NCBI GenBank assembly: GCA_964475655.1
Contig: CAYYXE010000001.1
Span: 5,435-69,434, forward strand
Reading direction: 5' to 3'
Length of the DNA stretch: 64,000 nucleotides
Source: an uncultured Candidatus Saccharibacteria bacterium
GTDB lineage: Bacteria > Patescibacteriota > Minisyncoccia > Phycocordibacterales > UBA9973
The position numbers and the translations under genes are program-made. Below, piece after piece: positions 27,652 to 37,706 of the stretch (the first letter of the stretch is position 1; every line of letters starts with the position of its first letter). The notes under the pieces were generated by a model. It saw nothing but the letters and a program-made list of their open reading frames with translations. It made no database searches and was not told the DNA's origin.

Positions 27652-27671
27652 CCCGGGACTGTGTCCCGGGG
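27652..27671 (-). terminator. terminator hairpin CCCGGGAC/GTCCCGGG + U-tract immediately after M16 peptidase stop
   Basis: 8-bp perfect stem then TTTTTTG on minus strand. Confidence 0.65.
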
Positions 27672-27676
27672 ATACT

Positions 27677-28954
27677 TTAAAAATACTTTTCTGAACATTT
27701 TTTACCATTAACGATAATATGACAGTTATCGAGAGTAATATACTTTTTTAAAACTTCATGTATTTCTTCTGGACTTACGTTTTCCATAAAGTTATACCAA
27801 TCAGTGAAATCTTCTATCAAAGGGGTATCCTCAGGATATAAGTCAGAAAATTCATTTACAAAGTTTCTTGATGTTTGAATCTCTCGTATATCTGAAAACC
27901 ATTCCGTAACAAGTTTATCACGGTATTCTTTTTGAGATATTCCCTCTGAAAGAAGTTCTGTATAGCATTCAAAGATCGAATCAAGCAACAGGTCTGTTTT
28001 TTCGGGAGCAGTACCTGCAGTAGTCCCAGTGTACATCAAATGGTTAAGTGCAATTCTGGGAGAACCTAGACCATATACCAAGCCACGTTCATTCCGAAGT
28101 TTTTTGTAAAACCTTGAAGATAAACCGTCATGTGCATACTCTAGAGCAAATCTAAGAATAATACTCTCTCTCGAAGCTAAAACTGGTCCATCAAACCCAA
28201 CTACTACTCTTGTTTGCTCAAGATTCTGTTCAAGAAAAATTCTTGAACCCGAAGCAATCCGCTTGGGAGGGTCTGGGAGAAATTTTTTAATACCACACAA
28301 GAAATTGATATCTGAAAATGTTTTTTTGACATCGTCTACAGTACATCCACCAGCTATAACAAGTAGCATATTTTCAACAGTACAATGAGATCTAAAAAAA
28401 TTTTCAACGTTGATTGGCAACATAGCTACTATTGATTCTTTTGTACCCAAATTTGAATTACTCCAATTGGTACCATTTCCCCAAATAGACGCAAAAGAGA
28501 GACTTGAAATATACTCAGATTTCGAAAGATTTTGAAGTAACTCAGAAGTTATCACACCGATTTCTTTTTGATGTGACTGGGGAGTTATATATAATCCTGA
28601 CAAAGCTTCAGAGTAGTATTCTTTCATATTACTCATATGTTCAGGTATCGCCACTTCACATTCAATAGACATTTGGTCACGACCTGTGCGTGCGTTTGAG
28701 TGTCCACCGATTGAATCTATTATTCCTGCAAATGCTTCCTTTGTAGGATATTTGTTTGATCCAGATACAATAACGTGTTCTGTAAAGTGCGCCAGGCCAC
28801 TATCTCCATCATTAAATACAGATCCTGCACGCATGAGAATATTGGCAAAAATAGGACCGGAGGATCTTTGGATAAAAACAACCTTCAATCCATTTTCTAA
28901 TACGAGCTCGTGCTTCGTAACACCAAAATCATCGAGTGAATAGTTTCTTTTCAT
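27677..28954 (-). CDS. M16-family zinc peptidase (insulinase/pitrilysin-like)
   Basis: Inverted zinc motif HFTEH with downstream Glu; 425 aa; AT-rich. Confidence 0.75.
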   Translation of the reverse strand: MKRNYSLDDFGVTKHELVLENGLKVVFIQRSSGPIFANILMRAGSVFNDGDSGLAHFTEHVIVSGSNKYPTKEAFAGIIDSIGGHSNARTGRDQMSIECEVAIPEHMSNMKEYYSEALSGLYITPQSHQKEIGVITSELLQNLSKSEYISSLSFASIWGNGTNWSNSNLGTKESIVAMLPINVENFFRSHCTVENMLLVIAGGCTVDDVKKTFSDINFLCGIKKFLPDPPKRIASGSRIFLEQNLEQTRVVVGFDGPVLASRESIILRFALEYAHDGLSSRFYKKLRNERGLVYGLGSPRIALNHLMYTGTTAGTAPEKTDLLLDSIFECYTELLSEGISQKEYRDKLVTEWFSDIREIQTSRNFVNEFSDLYPEDTPLIEDFTDWYNFMENVSPEEIHEVLKKYITLDNCHIIVNGKKCSEKYF

Positions 28955-29022
28955 TATTTAAGTTTTTAACGTTTTACAAAATTGTTTATTAAAATAATAA
29001 CATAAATTTATTAAAAAGCAAA

Positions 29023-29601
29023 TTAAGATTTTTGGGCTATGAAATGAAACACATGCCAGTGTTTCGGGGTACCTACAGCAGTAGTTCCGTCTTTTTCTTC
29101 TTCTACAAATTCAATAAGTTCGAGATCTGACAGCATGTTTTGAGCTTCTTCTTTGGTTTGAAATGCAAGAGCTGCATCCGGTGTATTCCACTGGTCTCGA
29201 TCCCCAAATAATTGTCCAACAAATATCCCTTCTCGCTTTAGAGACACAACACAATTTTTCATAAATGCAGCAAAGCCGTCTTTTCCATAAAACGGAAGTG
29301 CGTATTGAGCATTAATAAGGTCATACGTATTGGGTACAAGTGTAAAATCTTGAAATGGTACATTTGCTAATGTAAATTTTGCAGAAGTAATACACATCGC
29401 AAATTCTTTGGATTGTGGTGAGCTATCGACTGCCGTCACCTGGTCAAAGCCTGCTTCCAAAAGATACTTTGATTCGATTAGTGTTCCGGCGCCAAGATCG
29501 AGAGCAGAGTTTCTATCTGGACAAATTTCAACAGCACGAACAAGTTGTTCTCGAGGCTTACGAGTTGCGTGTACTTTTGCGTATGTTTCCCAGTTTGCCA
29601 T
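29023..29601 (-). CDS. small class I SAM-dependent methyltransferase (TehB-like size/architecture)
   Basis: Motif I LDLGAGTL; acidic motif II VDSS; 192 aa. Confidence 0.7.
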   Translation of the reverse strand: MANWETYAKVHATRKPREQLVRAVEICPDRNSALDLGAGTLIESKYLLEAGFDQVTAVDSSPQSKEFAMCITSAKFTLANVPFQDFTLVPNTYDLINAQYALPFYGKDGFAAFMKNCVVSLKREGIFVGQLFGDRDQWNTPDAALAFQTKEEAQNMLSDLELIEFVEEEKDGTTAVGTPKHWHVFHFIAQKS

Positions 29602-29605
29602 ATGT

Positions 29606-31408
29606 TTACGCCATTAAGATCTGATTCTTAATCAATTTCTGATATTCTTTATTTTTCTTTTCAAGCTCAGCATGGGTTCCCTGTCCGACGATCTTACCTT
29701 CTGATACGACAAAGATAATATCAGCATCCATTACGGTGGAAAGTCGATGTGCAATGATAATCGTGGTGCGACCAGCTGCTGATCGGTTGATCGCATCATG
29801 GATGAGCTTCTCATTGATCGAGTCGAGTGCTGAGGTTGCCTCGTCAAAGATGAGGATCTTGGGGTCTTTGATAAGTGCTCGTGCGATGCCGATGCGTTGA
29901 CGTTCTCCACCTGAGACTTTGATACCACCTTCACCTATCACAGTGTCGAGTCCGTGATCTTTGAGCTTGACGACAAAGTCAGTAAGCGATGCATCCTCGA
30001 CTGCTTTTTGAAGTTTCTCTTCACTTACTTCTACCCCCGAAGGAATTCCAAACAATATGTTGTCTCTGATACTTCGGTCAAAGAGTTCAATCTTTTGTTC
30101 GACGTTGCCGATCTGAGAGCGAAGCCAGTGAAGGTCAAGCTCCTTGAGTGGCTCGCCATCAATCAAGATCTCACCTTCTGTGGCGTCATAATAGCGACGC
30201 ATAAGGTTTACGATAGTACTCTTGCCAGATCCAGATACACCGACAAATCCCACTTTTGCTCCGGGAGGGATTTTGAAACTTACCTCTGCAATCGTATGCT
30301 CAAGTTCATTTCCATCTGATTCTTCTTCATTTTCAATTTGCTGCGCTGATTGCCGGTATGGGTATGCGAAGCTTACCTTCTTGAATTCAATTTCACCTTT
30401 GAGCTCAGAGATAGTCTTGCCACCGATGTTGGGATTTATATCTGGTTCTATATCAAGAAGATCAAAATACTTTTTAATTTCAACTGTTTGGAACATTAGT
30501 CGACGCTGTGTATTCATAATATTATTGATATTGTCAAAAATTGATCCTGTCCATGCGTAAAATGTTACAAACATACCGACTGAGTGATATCCCTTAAAAA
30601 TAAAATAAATACCGACACCTAATGTTAGATATCTTCCGAGAAGAAGAATAATTTTGGAGCCATAGTATTCTTTTATATATGTGAGCCATGTTTTAATTGT
30701 AAAATCAGTAACTTTTTCGTACGCTATTTCGAAATCGCTCACTGTTTTATCTTCCTGTGCTTCTGCAATAACAAGCGTTGAATTTCTAAAAAGTTCTGAC
30801 TGCAACTTTGATTGCGATTGGTTCTTTTTACGCACTTCGTCCACTCGAGGGTAGTATCGAATATTTCGGTTGTATGCAATAAGTATGTGGAGCAATACAA
30901 ATATAAATGCTACTAATCCAGCTTTCCAATCAAATATAAAAAGAATGACAAATGTTACCAAAATCTGAATACCTGTTTGGAGCAGATCATAAATAAACAT
31001 ATTTACTGTATTGATCAGTGAATTCTGTCCTTTATTAACTATGGTCTGCTTCACACCTGAGTGTTCGTTGATGTGTTGACCTATCGAGAATTGAAACATT
31101 CTCTTGAGTGAGATCACAGAGAGTGCCTTATCGATATTTGCGTCGAGTTTTTTGATGTCAATGTATTCTTTGATATACCAGACAACCTGCTGCTGCAAAA
31201 TTGCAATGCCAAATGATGTGGCTAAAAAGATAATAGTGAGCCGAGCATCTCCTTTAATGATTGCATCAACACCCTTTCCAAATAAATATGGAGTAAATGT
31301 TGCAAATACCTGAACAATAGCAATTAAAGCTGCTGTAATAATGAAATATTTCCAAAAAGGTTTAAAAAATTGTATTGTTCTGTGCAAAAAACTTTTCTTT
31401 TTATTCAT
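29606..31408 (-). CDS. ABC exporter, fused permease + ATPase (type I exporter, MsbA/MdlB-like)
   Basis: 6-TM N-domain; Walker A GVSGSGKST, signature VSGGERQR, Walker B ILIFDEATSALD, H-loop IIAHRL. Confidence 0.85.
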   Translation of the reverse strand: MNKKKSFLHRTIQFFKPFWKYFIITAALIAIVQVFATFTPYLFGKGVDAIIKGDARLTIIFLATSFGIAILQQQVVWYIKEYIDIKKLDANIDKALSVISLKRMFQFSIGQHINEHSGVKQTIVNKGQNSLINTVNMFIYDLLQTGIQILVTFVILFIFDWKAGLVAFIFVLLHILIAYNRNIRYYPRVDEVRKKNQSQSKLQSELFRNSTLVIAEAQEDKTVSDFEIAYEKVTDFTIKTWLTYIKEYYGSKIILLLGRYLTLGVGIYFIFKGYHSVGMFVTFYAWTGSIFDNINNIMNTQRRLMFQTVEIKKYFDLLDIEPDINPNIGGKTISELKGEIEFKKVSFAYPYRQSAQQIENEEESDGNELEHTIAEVSFKIPPGAKVGFVGVSGSGKSTIVNLMRRYYDATEGEILIDGEPLKELDLHWLRSQIGNVEQKIELFDRSIRDNILFGIPSGVEVSEEKLQKAVEDASLTDFVVKLKDHGLDTVIGEGGIKVSGGERQRIGIARALIKDPKILIFDEATSALDSINEKLIHDAINRSAAGRTTIIIAHRLSTVMDADIIFVVSEGKIVGQGTHAELEKKNKEYQKLIKNQILMA

Positions 31409-31411
31409 GTT

Positions 31412-32380
31412 TTATTCTGTAAGCCCTACCACCTCATACACATCCGTCAGCTTCTTCATTGCGATCTCATTCGCCTTCATCGCGCCCTGAAGCAGTATTT
31501 CTTGTACAAGCTTGGGATCATCTTCATACTTTTTGCGGCGTTCGCGCATGGGGGTGACGAAGGAGATGATGTCCGCTATGAGCATCTTTTTGGCATCGCC
31601 ATAGCCGAGGCCTTGTCGATACTGCGATTTGAGTTCGTCAGATGAGTTGAAGAGTTTGTGGATCTGGTAGAGCACCATGTCGTCGGGGTTCTTTTCTTCA
31701 TCTTTGCCTCGAGAGTCAGTCGGGATACTCATGACAGCCTTTGTGATTTCCTCGTCAGTACCAAAGAGTGGAATCGTGTTGCTGTAACTTTTGCTCATCT
31801 TTTGTCCATCGGTACCGGGGACTGTCGCAACTTCTTCCATAATGAGTTCGTTTGGAAGTTTGAAAAGCTCAGCGTATTGGAAGTTGAACTTCCCTGCGAT
31901 GTCGCGCGTGTATTCGATGTGCTGCTTTTGGTCTTTGCCGACCGGTACGACGTCTGCATCGTAGAGCAAAATATCGGCAGACATGAGCACTGGGTAGTTG
32001 AAGAGTCCCATGCCTGGCTCGATGTCTTTGGCGACAGCGTCTTTGTAGGCATGCGCTCGCATCATAAATGGTACCGTGACGAGCGTATCAAATATCCAGG
32101 TGAGCTGCGTGTGTGCAGGCACGGCGGATTGCTTAAACAATGTCACCTTGGCAAGATCAAGGCCGATGCCGAGATAGTCGAGGACGAGATCATACGAGAG
32201 CTTCTTCATTTCCTCGGCGTCTTGGATGGTATTGAGCGCATGGAGATCTGCAAGAAAGATAAATGTTTCGTATTCATCCTGGAGATCGACAAATTGCTTC
32301 ATTGCGCCAAAGTAATTGCCGATATGCGGACGACCGGTTGGTTTGACACCTGAAACAAGGCGCTTTTTTGTGGAAGACAT
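31412..32380 (-). CDS. trpS: tryptophan--tRNA ligase
   Basis: HIGH-like PTGRPHIGNY and KMSKS motifs. Confidence 0.9.
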   Translation of the reverse strand: MSSTKKRLVSGVKPTGRPHIGNYFGAMKQFVDLQDEYETFIFLADLHALNTIQDAEEMKKLSYDLVLDYLGIGLDLAKVTLFKQSAVPAHTQLTWIFDTLVTVPFMMRAHAYKDAVAKDIEPGMGLFNYPVLMSADILLYDADVVPVGKDQKQHIEYTRDIAGKFNFQYAELFKLPNELIMEEVATVPGTDGQKMSKSYSNTIPLFGTDEEITKAVMSIPTDSRGKDEEKNPDDMVLYQIHKLFNSSDELKSQYRQGLGYGDAKKMLIADIISFVTPMRERRKKYEDDPKLVQEILLQGAMKANEIAMKKLTDVYEVVGLTE

Positions 32381-32464
32381 GTGGATATAGTATCAAAAAT
32401 AAGGCTCAAATGCCACGTTTCTGTGCATTTCGTCCCGCGTGTGCCGGGTGCTACAATCAATCCT

Positions 32465-33847
32465 ATGAATAAGCCTCAAGGCCTCGCCAACCTCCGCGTC
32501 CCACCTCACTCGCTCGAAAGCGAGCAGGCAGTGCTCGGTGCGCTCATGCTCCGCCCCGCTGCAATCCACGAGATCGTCGACCTCCTTACGCCAGATATGT
32601 TTTATGCCAAGAAGCATTCGATTATCTTTAAGACGATCCTTGAGCTTTCGATGAAAAACGAACCGATCGATGTCCTCTCGCTTGCAAACTCCCTCAAAGA
32701 AAAGAAAGACCTCGCGGGCATCGGCGGCAACACGTATCTCAATGAGCTCATGAGCAATGTCCCTTCGACGGTCAACATCCGCCACTACGCCGATATCGTC
32801 TACAAGAAATTCATTTTGCGAAGCTTGATCGATGCATCTGAGTCTATCGCCACGCTTTCGTACGAAGAAAACGAGCTTCCTGCAGCCGAGATCCTCGATG
32901 CTGCCGAGAAAAGCATCTTTCGTATTTCTTCGACTATGAATACCAAAAATGCCTTTGTATCGATCAAGCAGTCGCTCATGGACACCGTCGAGCAGATCGA
33001 GCACCTTCGCGAACACAAAGATGAGATCCGCGGCGTACCAACGGGCTTCCCTGATCTCGACAACCTCCTTGCCGGCCTGCAAAAAAGCGACCTTATCATC
33101 CTTGCGGCGCGACCAAGTATGGGTAAGACGACGTTTGCGCTCGATATTGTGCGCAATGTTGCGCTCTCAGGCACACCTGTGGGCATCTTTTCACTTGAAA
33201 TGTCATCGCAGCAGCTCGTGCAGCGCATGCTCTCTGCAGAAAGTCGTGTCGATGCATGGGCGATCCGTACCGGACACGGCCTTACCAACGCTCACTTCAC
33301 CACACTCCAAGAAGCAGCAAGTAGACTGCAAAAGGCGCCGATCTATATCGATGACCAAGCTGGCAACTCCATTGTCAAAATGCGCTCTGTCGCACGCCGC
33401 CTCAAAGCCGAACACGGTCTCGGACTCATCGTCGTCGACTACCTCCAACTCATGACGACTAGCAAAAACTACGACAACATGGTCAACCAAGTCACCGAAA
33501 TCTCTCGCTCGCTCAAGCAGCTTGCCCGCGAGCTCGACGTGCCCGTGCTTGCACTCTCCCAGCTCTCTCGTGCCGTCGAAAGCCGTGGCGGCAAACCTCG
33601 CCTTTCCGACCTTCGTGACTCAGGATCTATCGAGCAAGACGCTGATCTCGTGATGTTTATCCATCGCGAAGATAGATTTAAGGATGAAAAGGACTTCATC
33701 ACCGACATCCTGATCGAAAAGCACCGCAATGGTGCAGTCGGATCGGTGCAGCTTCTTTTTGATGCCAAGACGACGTCATTTATCTCCATCGACAAGGCAC
33801 ACGCGCAAGGATTGGTCAGCAAGCCCACAACATTTGACGACTTTTAA
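32465..33847 (+). CDS. dnaB: replicative DNA helicase DnaB
   Basis: N-terminal DnaB domain, Walker A ARPSMGKTTFAL, RecA-fold motifs; start at MNKPQGL. Confidence 0.9.
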   Translation: MNKPQGLANLRVPPHSLESEQAVLGALMLRPAAIHEIVDLLTPDMFYAKKHSIIFKTILELSMKNEPIDVLSLANSLKEKKDLAGIGGNTYLNELMSNVPSTVNIRHYADIVYKKFILRSLIDASESIATLSYEENELPAAEILDAAEKSIFRISSTMNTKNAFVSIKQSLMDTVEQIEHLREHKDEIRGVPTGFPDLDNLLAGLQKSDLIILAARPSMGKTTFALDIVRNVALSGTPVGIFSLEMSSQQLVQRMLSAESRVDAWAIRTGHGLTNAHFTTLQEAASRLQKAPIYIDDQAGNSIVKMRSVARRLKAEHGLGLIVVDYLQLMTTSKNYDNMVNQVTEISRSLKQLARELDVPVLALSQLSRAVESRGGKPRLSDLRDSGSIEQDADLVMFIHREDRFKDEKDFITDILIEKHRNGAVGSVQLLFDAKTTSFISIDKAHAQGLVSKPTTFDDF

Positions 33848-34440
33848 TGGAACGAAATCTTGAACAACTCGCAAACCTCTTTCTCAAATTCCCGGGCATC
33901 GGGAGACGGCAGGCCATGCGCTTTGCGTACTTTATATTGACCCAGCCGGAAAGCTACGTGGCAAGCCTCGCACGCGAGCTCACCAGTGCCCGCAGTCAGG
34001 CACACACCTGTACCAAGTGTCAGCGGATCTTTGAAGGAAATGCCGGACTCTGTGAGATCTGTAGCAATCCATCGCGTGACCAATCCCAGCTTCTCATAGT
34101 GGAAAAAAGTCAGGACATCGATAGCTTCGGCAAGACCGACTACCACGGGCTCTTCTTTGTACTCGGCGGGCTCATCCCGATCGTCCAAAAGAACGTCCTC
34201 GCCGGCACCAACATCGCCCTTCTCAAGGAGCGCGTATCCAAGGAAAGCACCAGTCCCTATGAGGTCATCCTCGCCTTCCCCATCACCCCCAATGGCGAAC
34301 ACACCGATACCGTCGTCCGCGAAATGCTCGCCGTTTACCCGATCTCTATCTCAAGTCTCGGTCGCGGCCTCTCTGCAGGAGCAGAGCTTGAATACGCCGA
34401 TGCAGAGAGTTTGAATGCGTCGCTTAAGAAGAGAGAATAA
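33847..34440 (+). CDS. recR: recombination protein RecR
   Basis: HhH (KFPGIGRRQAMR), C4 zinc finger CTKCQ...CEIC, Toprim. Confidence 0.9.
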   Translation: MERNLEQLANLFLKFPGIGRRQAMRFAYFILTQPESYVASLARELTSARSQAHTCTKCQRIFEGNAGLCEICSNPSRDQSQLLIVEKSQDIDSFGKTDYHGLFFVLGGLIPIVQKNVLAGTNIALLKERVSKESTSPYEVILAFPITPNGEHTDTVVREMLAVYPISISSLGRGLSAGAELEYADAESLNASLKKRE

Positions 34441-34441
34441 A

Positions 34442-34473
34442 AAAATCCCTTCGTTACTGAAGGGATTTTTTTA
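34442..34473. terminator. bidirectional terminator (AATCCCTT...AAGGGATT flanked by A/T runs)
   Basis: 8-bp stem between convergent recR and rplU. Confidence 0.7.
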
Positions 34474-34839
34474 TTATATAGAAAGGATCTTTACCTTAAG
34501 GTATGGTTGGCGGTGGCCATTCTTCTTTTGATAGCGGCTTTTTTGCTTGTATTTCAGCACGATGACCTTGGGTGAGCGGCCGACTACGGTGACTTCGCCA
34601 GTTACAGATGCGCCAGCAATGTATGGAGTACCGATCACGGTATCTGCACCGCTGTCAGTGAGGAGTACCTTGTCAAAGGTAACAGAGTCGCCCTTTTTGA
34701 GGCCTTCGATCTTTTCGATCTGGATGGTCTCGCCGACTGTTACCTGGTACTGCTTGCCGCCAGTTGCAATCACTGCAAATCCTTCAGCTTTTGGAGCCTT
34801 GGGAGCTGTCTTTTTGGTTGGTGTGGTCGCGGTTGCCAT
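34474..34839 (-). CDS. rplU: 50S ribosomal protein L21
   Basis: FAVIATGGKQYQV motif; Ala/Lys-rich N-extension. Confidence 0.85.
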   Translation of the reverse strand: MATATTPTKKTAPKAPKAEGFAVIATGGKQYQVTVGETIQIEKIEGLKKGDSVTFDKVLLTDSGADTVIGTPYIAGASVTGEVTVVGRSPKVIVLKYKQKSRYQKKNGHRQPYLKVKILSI

Positions 34840-34947
34840 ATAGGTATTTGAGGCCCTTATTATACTTATTTCCCGCTTGATTGCAAGTCATACCCGCGAA
34901 GTGCTGCTATAGATCAGGGCGAAGAGGGATATGGTATAATAATTTCC

Positions 34948-35856
34948 ATGATTTCACGCTACAGCGCGCATGGGCTTACCTGGATCGACCTCGTATCCCC
35001 TACTGCCGACGAGACTGCGCACATTGCCGAAGAATTTGAGATCCCAAGTCTGGTCAGCCAAGAGCTCATCGACCACACCTTGCGCTCCAAGGTAGACATG
35101 TACCCTAGTTTCCTTTATCTCGTACTCCACTTTCCGCTTATCGACGCAGAAGACAAGGAACAGGAAGTCGACTTCATCGTCGGAGAAAAGTTTATGATCA
35201 CGGTGCGCTATGAGCAGATGCGCGCGATCGACAGCTTTGCAAAGATCTTTGAACGGCACACGCTGGGCACCCAGATGGCGATGACGGCACACGGGACGTT
35301 CTTGTTTATGCAGCTCATTAAGCTCCTCTACCGTTCACTCCTGCATCAGCTCGAGACCATGACCGACGAGCTCAAGCACATCGAGTCACGTATCTTTACC
35401 AACAACCAAGTCTCGATCGTCCGCGATATCTCTCGGGCATCGCGCAAGCTGCTTGACTTCAAGCAGTCCACGAGATTTCATGCAGAAGTCCTCGCCTCTT
35501 ACGAATCTGCAAGCAAGCGACTCTTTGGAGATGAGTACGTCTACTATGGCGAAGTCGTCAACGGCGAATACAAAAAGGTTGCCTCCATTCTCGAAAGTCA
35601 CCGTGACGTAGTCGCCGAGCTCCAGCGTACCAACGACTCACTCCTCTCTACGAAGTCCAACGAAATCATGAAAAACTTCACCATCATGACCTTTGTCATG
35701 CTCCCACTCACGCTCATCACGGGCATCTTTGGGATGAACACCACAAGCGATCTTATCTTTATCAAGTCGATCGATAGCTTCTTCTTTGTGATTGGCGTCA
35801 TGGGCATTACTGGTCTTGTGCTCTTCTTATTCTTCAAGCTTCGTCGCTGGATCTAG
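34948..35856 (+). CDS. corA: CorA-family Mg2+/Co2+ transporter
   Basis: Two C-terminal TM with GMN motif (GIFGMNTTS). Confidence 0.8.
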   Translation: MISRYSAHGLTWIDLVSPTADETAHIAEEFEIPSLVSQELIDHTLRSKVDMYPSFLYLVLHFPLIDAEDKEQEVDFIVGEKFMITVRYEQMRAIDSFAKIFERHTLGTQMAMTAHGTFLFMQLIKLLYRSLLHQLETMTDELKHIESRIFTNNQVSIVRDISRASRKLLDFKQSTRFHAEVLASYESASKRLFGDEYVYYGEVVNGEYKKVASILESHRDVVAELQRTNDSLLSTKSNEIMKNFTIMTFVMLPLTLITGIFGMNTTSDLIFIKSIDSFFFVIGVMGITGLVLFLFFKLRRWI

Positions 35857-35859
35857 TCT

Positions 35860-37248
35860 ATGTCTCTCAAGCTCTACAACACCAAATCTCGCAGTATTGA
35901 GGAATTCGTCCCGCTCAATGGCAACACCGTCACCATGTATGCCTGTGGTCCGACCGTCTACGACTACACGCACATCGGCCATATGCGCAAATACATTGGA
36001 GATGATATCTTGCGCCGTACACTGACTCTGCTCGGATATGAGGTGAAGCATGTGATGAATATCACTGATGTAGGGCACCTTTCAGATGATGCAGATAACG
36101 GAGATGACAAGCTCGACAAAAAGGCGCGCGCAGAAGGCAAGACTGTCTGGGATATTGCGGCGTTTTATACTGACTACTTCCATACGACGATGCGTGAAGT
36201 AAACGTGCTTTCCCCGACTATTGAATCGAAGGCTACCGAACACGTAGAGCAGATGAAATCGCTTGTGGAGAAGCTGCTCGAAAAGGGCTTCGCGTATGAG
36301 ACCCCACATGCAATCTACTTTGATGTCTCCAAGGACCCACACTACGGTGTGCTCTCAGGACAAAAGATTGCGGAGAAAGAAGTAGCGGTGCGTGACGATG
36401 TAGTAGTAGATCCTGACAAAAAGCACCCAGCAGACTTCTCTCTGTGGTTTAAGCGGGTTGGGCACTTTGCAGATCATGCAATGCATTGGCCAAATCCCAA
36501 AGGAGTAGAACAAGGTGACGGATTTCCTGGATGGCATATCGAGTGCTCGGCGATGGCGATGCACTATCTCGGTGAGACGATCGACATCCATACGGGCGGT
36601 ATCGACCATATCCCTGTGCACCACGAAAACGAAATTGCACAGAGTGAATGCGCGACAGGGCACGACTTTGTGAAGTACTGGGTACACCACGACTTCCTTA
36701 CGGTAGATGGTGTAAAGATGTCCAAAAGTCTCGGAAACTTCTACAACATCGATGACATCATCGCGCGAGGTATCAATCCGCTCGCCACTCGCCTCCTCTT
36801 CATGCAGACAAGCTATCGCAAGCCACTCAATTTCTCTTGGGAAGCACTTGAGACTTCAAACATGCAGCTCAAAAAGCTCTATAAATTTGCATCGCACCAA
36901 AATGATATTGGCGGTATAAGCTCCATGCACAAGGAGCAATTTATTGAGGCACTGAGTGATGATCTTAATACGGCACGCGCTATTGCTGTCGTATGGGATA
37001 CAGTCAATTCTTTTGCACTTCCTGACGAGGTTAAGTGGGCAACACTCCTCTATTTCGACCAAATACTCGGTCTCAAACTCGACACCGTGCCAAAGTTTGC
37101 TATTACCGATGAAGCAAAAAGTCTTGTGCAAAAGCGTGATGAAGCCAAAGCCTCCAAAGATTTTGCGACTTCAGATCAGATCCGCAATGAACTTATTGCA
37201 CTTGGATACGACGTGCTTGATACCGCAGAAGGTACGAGGCTTCAGTAA
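35860..37248 (+). CDS. cysS: cysteine--tRNA ligase
   Basis: HIGH (HIGHMRKY), KMSKS, zinc-binding Cys residues. Confidence 0.9.
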   Translation: MSLKLYNTKSRSIEEFVPLNGNTVTMYACGPTVYDYTHIGHMRKYIGDDILRRTLTLLGYEVKHVMNITDVGHLSDDADNGDDKLDKKARAEGKTVWDIAAFYTDYFHTTMREVNVLSPTIESKATEHVEQMKSLVEKLLEKGFAYETPHAIYFDVSKDPHYGVLSGQKIAEKEVAVRDDVVVDPDKKHPADFSLWFKRVGHFADHAMHWPNPKGVEQGDGFPGWHIECSAMAMHYLGETIDIHTGGIDHIPVHHENEIAQSECATGHDFVKYWVHHDFLTVDGVKMSKSLGNFYNIDDIIARGINPLATRLLFMQTSYRKPLNFSWEALETSNMQLKKLYKFASHQNDIGGISSMHKEQFIEALSDDLNTARAIAVVWDTVNSFALPDEVKWATLLYFDQILGLKLDTVPKFAITDEAKSLVQKRDEAKASKDFATSDQIRNELIALGYDVLDTAEGTRLQ

Positions 37249-37279
37249 AAATTGAATTTGAACCTGCTATACTTGAGCG

Positions 37280-37693
37280 GTGAAAACACTAACTCCTCGA
37301 GAGCAGTTCATGATGTTCTCAAATCTCTTTCTCATACTTCCTGTTATATCTGCCGCACAGTATCATGAGTGGTTATACTGTTTCTTTGCGAGTGGATTAT
37401 TTATATTCTCGCCACTTTTTCACTGGTATAGAATCAGTGATACTTCATCAATATATTTTCGTGTATTCAAAAAAGCTGATTGGATATTTGCGATTGGCGC
37501 ATTTCTGTATATGTACTATTACATCTATGCCTTTATTTCTGGAAGACAACAACTCGCTTTATTTATACTTCTCACGCTTGTTGTATGGTTCTTCTGGTAT
37601 GGATGGAGACGTGGTGAATATGACACATGGCACCCATGGTTTCATATCGTTGCCCCGATTGTATCATCAGTTATTCTTATCGTTGCGAATTAG
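37280..37693 (+). CDS. hypothetical membrane protein (AT-rich, Trp/Tyr/Phe-rich)
   Basis: 137 aa, 4 TM. Confidence 0.45.
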   Translation: MKTLTPREQFMMFSNLFLILPVISAAQYHEWLYCFFASGLFIFSPLFHWYRISDTSSIYFRVFKKADWIFAIGAFLYMYYYIYAFISGRQQLALFILLTLVVWFFWYGWRRGEYDTWHPWFHIVAPIVSSVILIVAN

Positions 37694-37706
37694 ACTAATA
37701 CCCTTA

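Noticed and set aside
27300-27676. T-box riboswitch upstream of aspS
   Set aside because: Terminator-near-start geometry fits, but no AGGGTGGNACCGCG T-box sequence and no recognisable specifier stem were found by eye.
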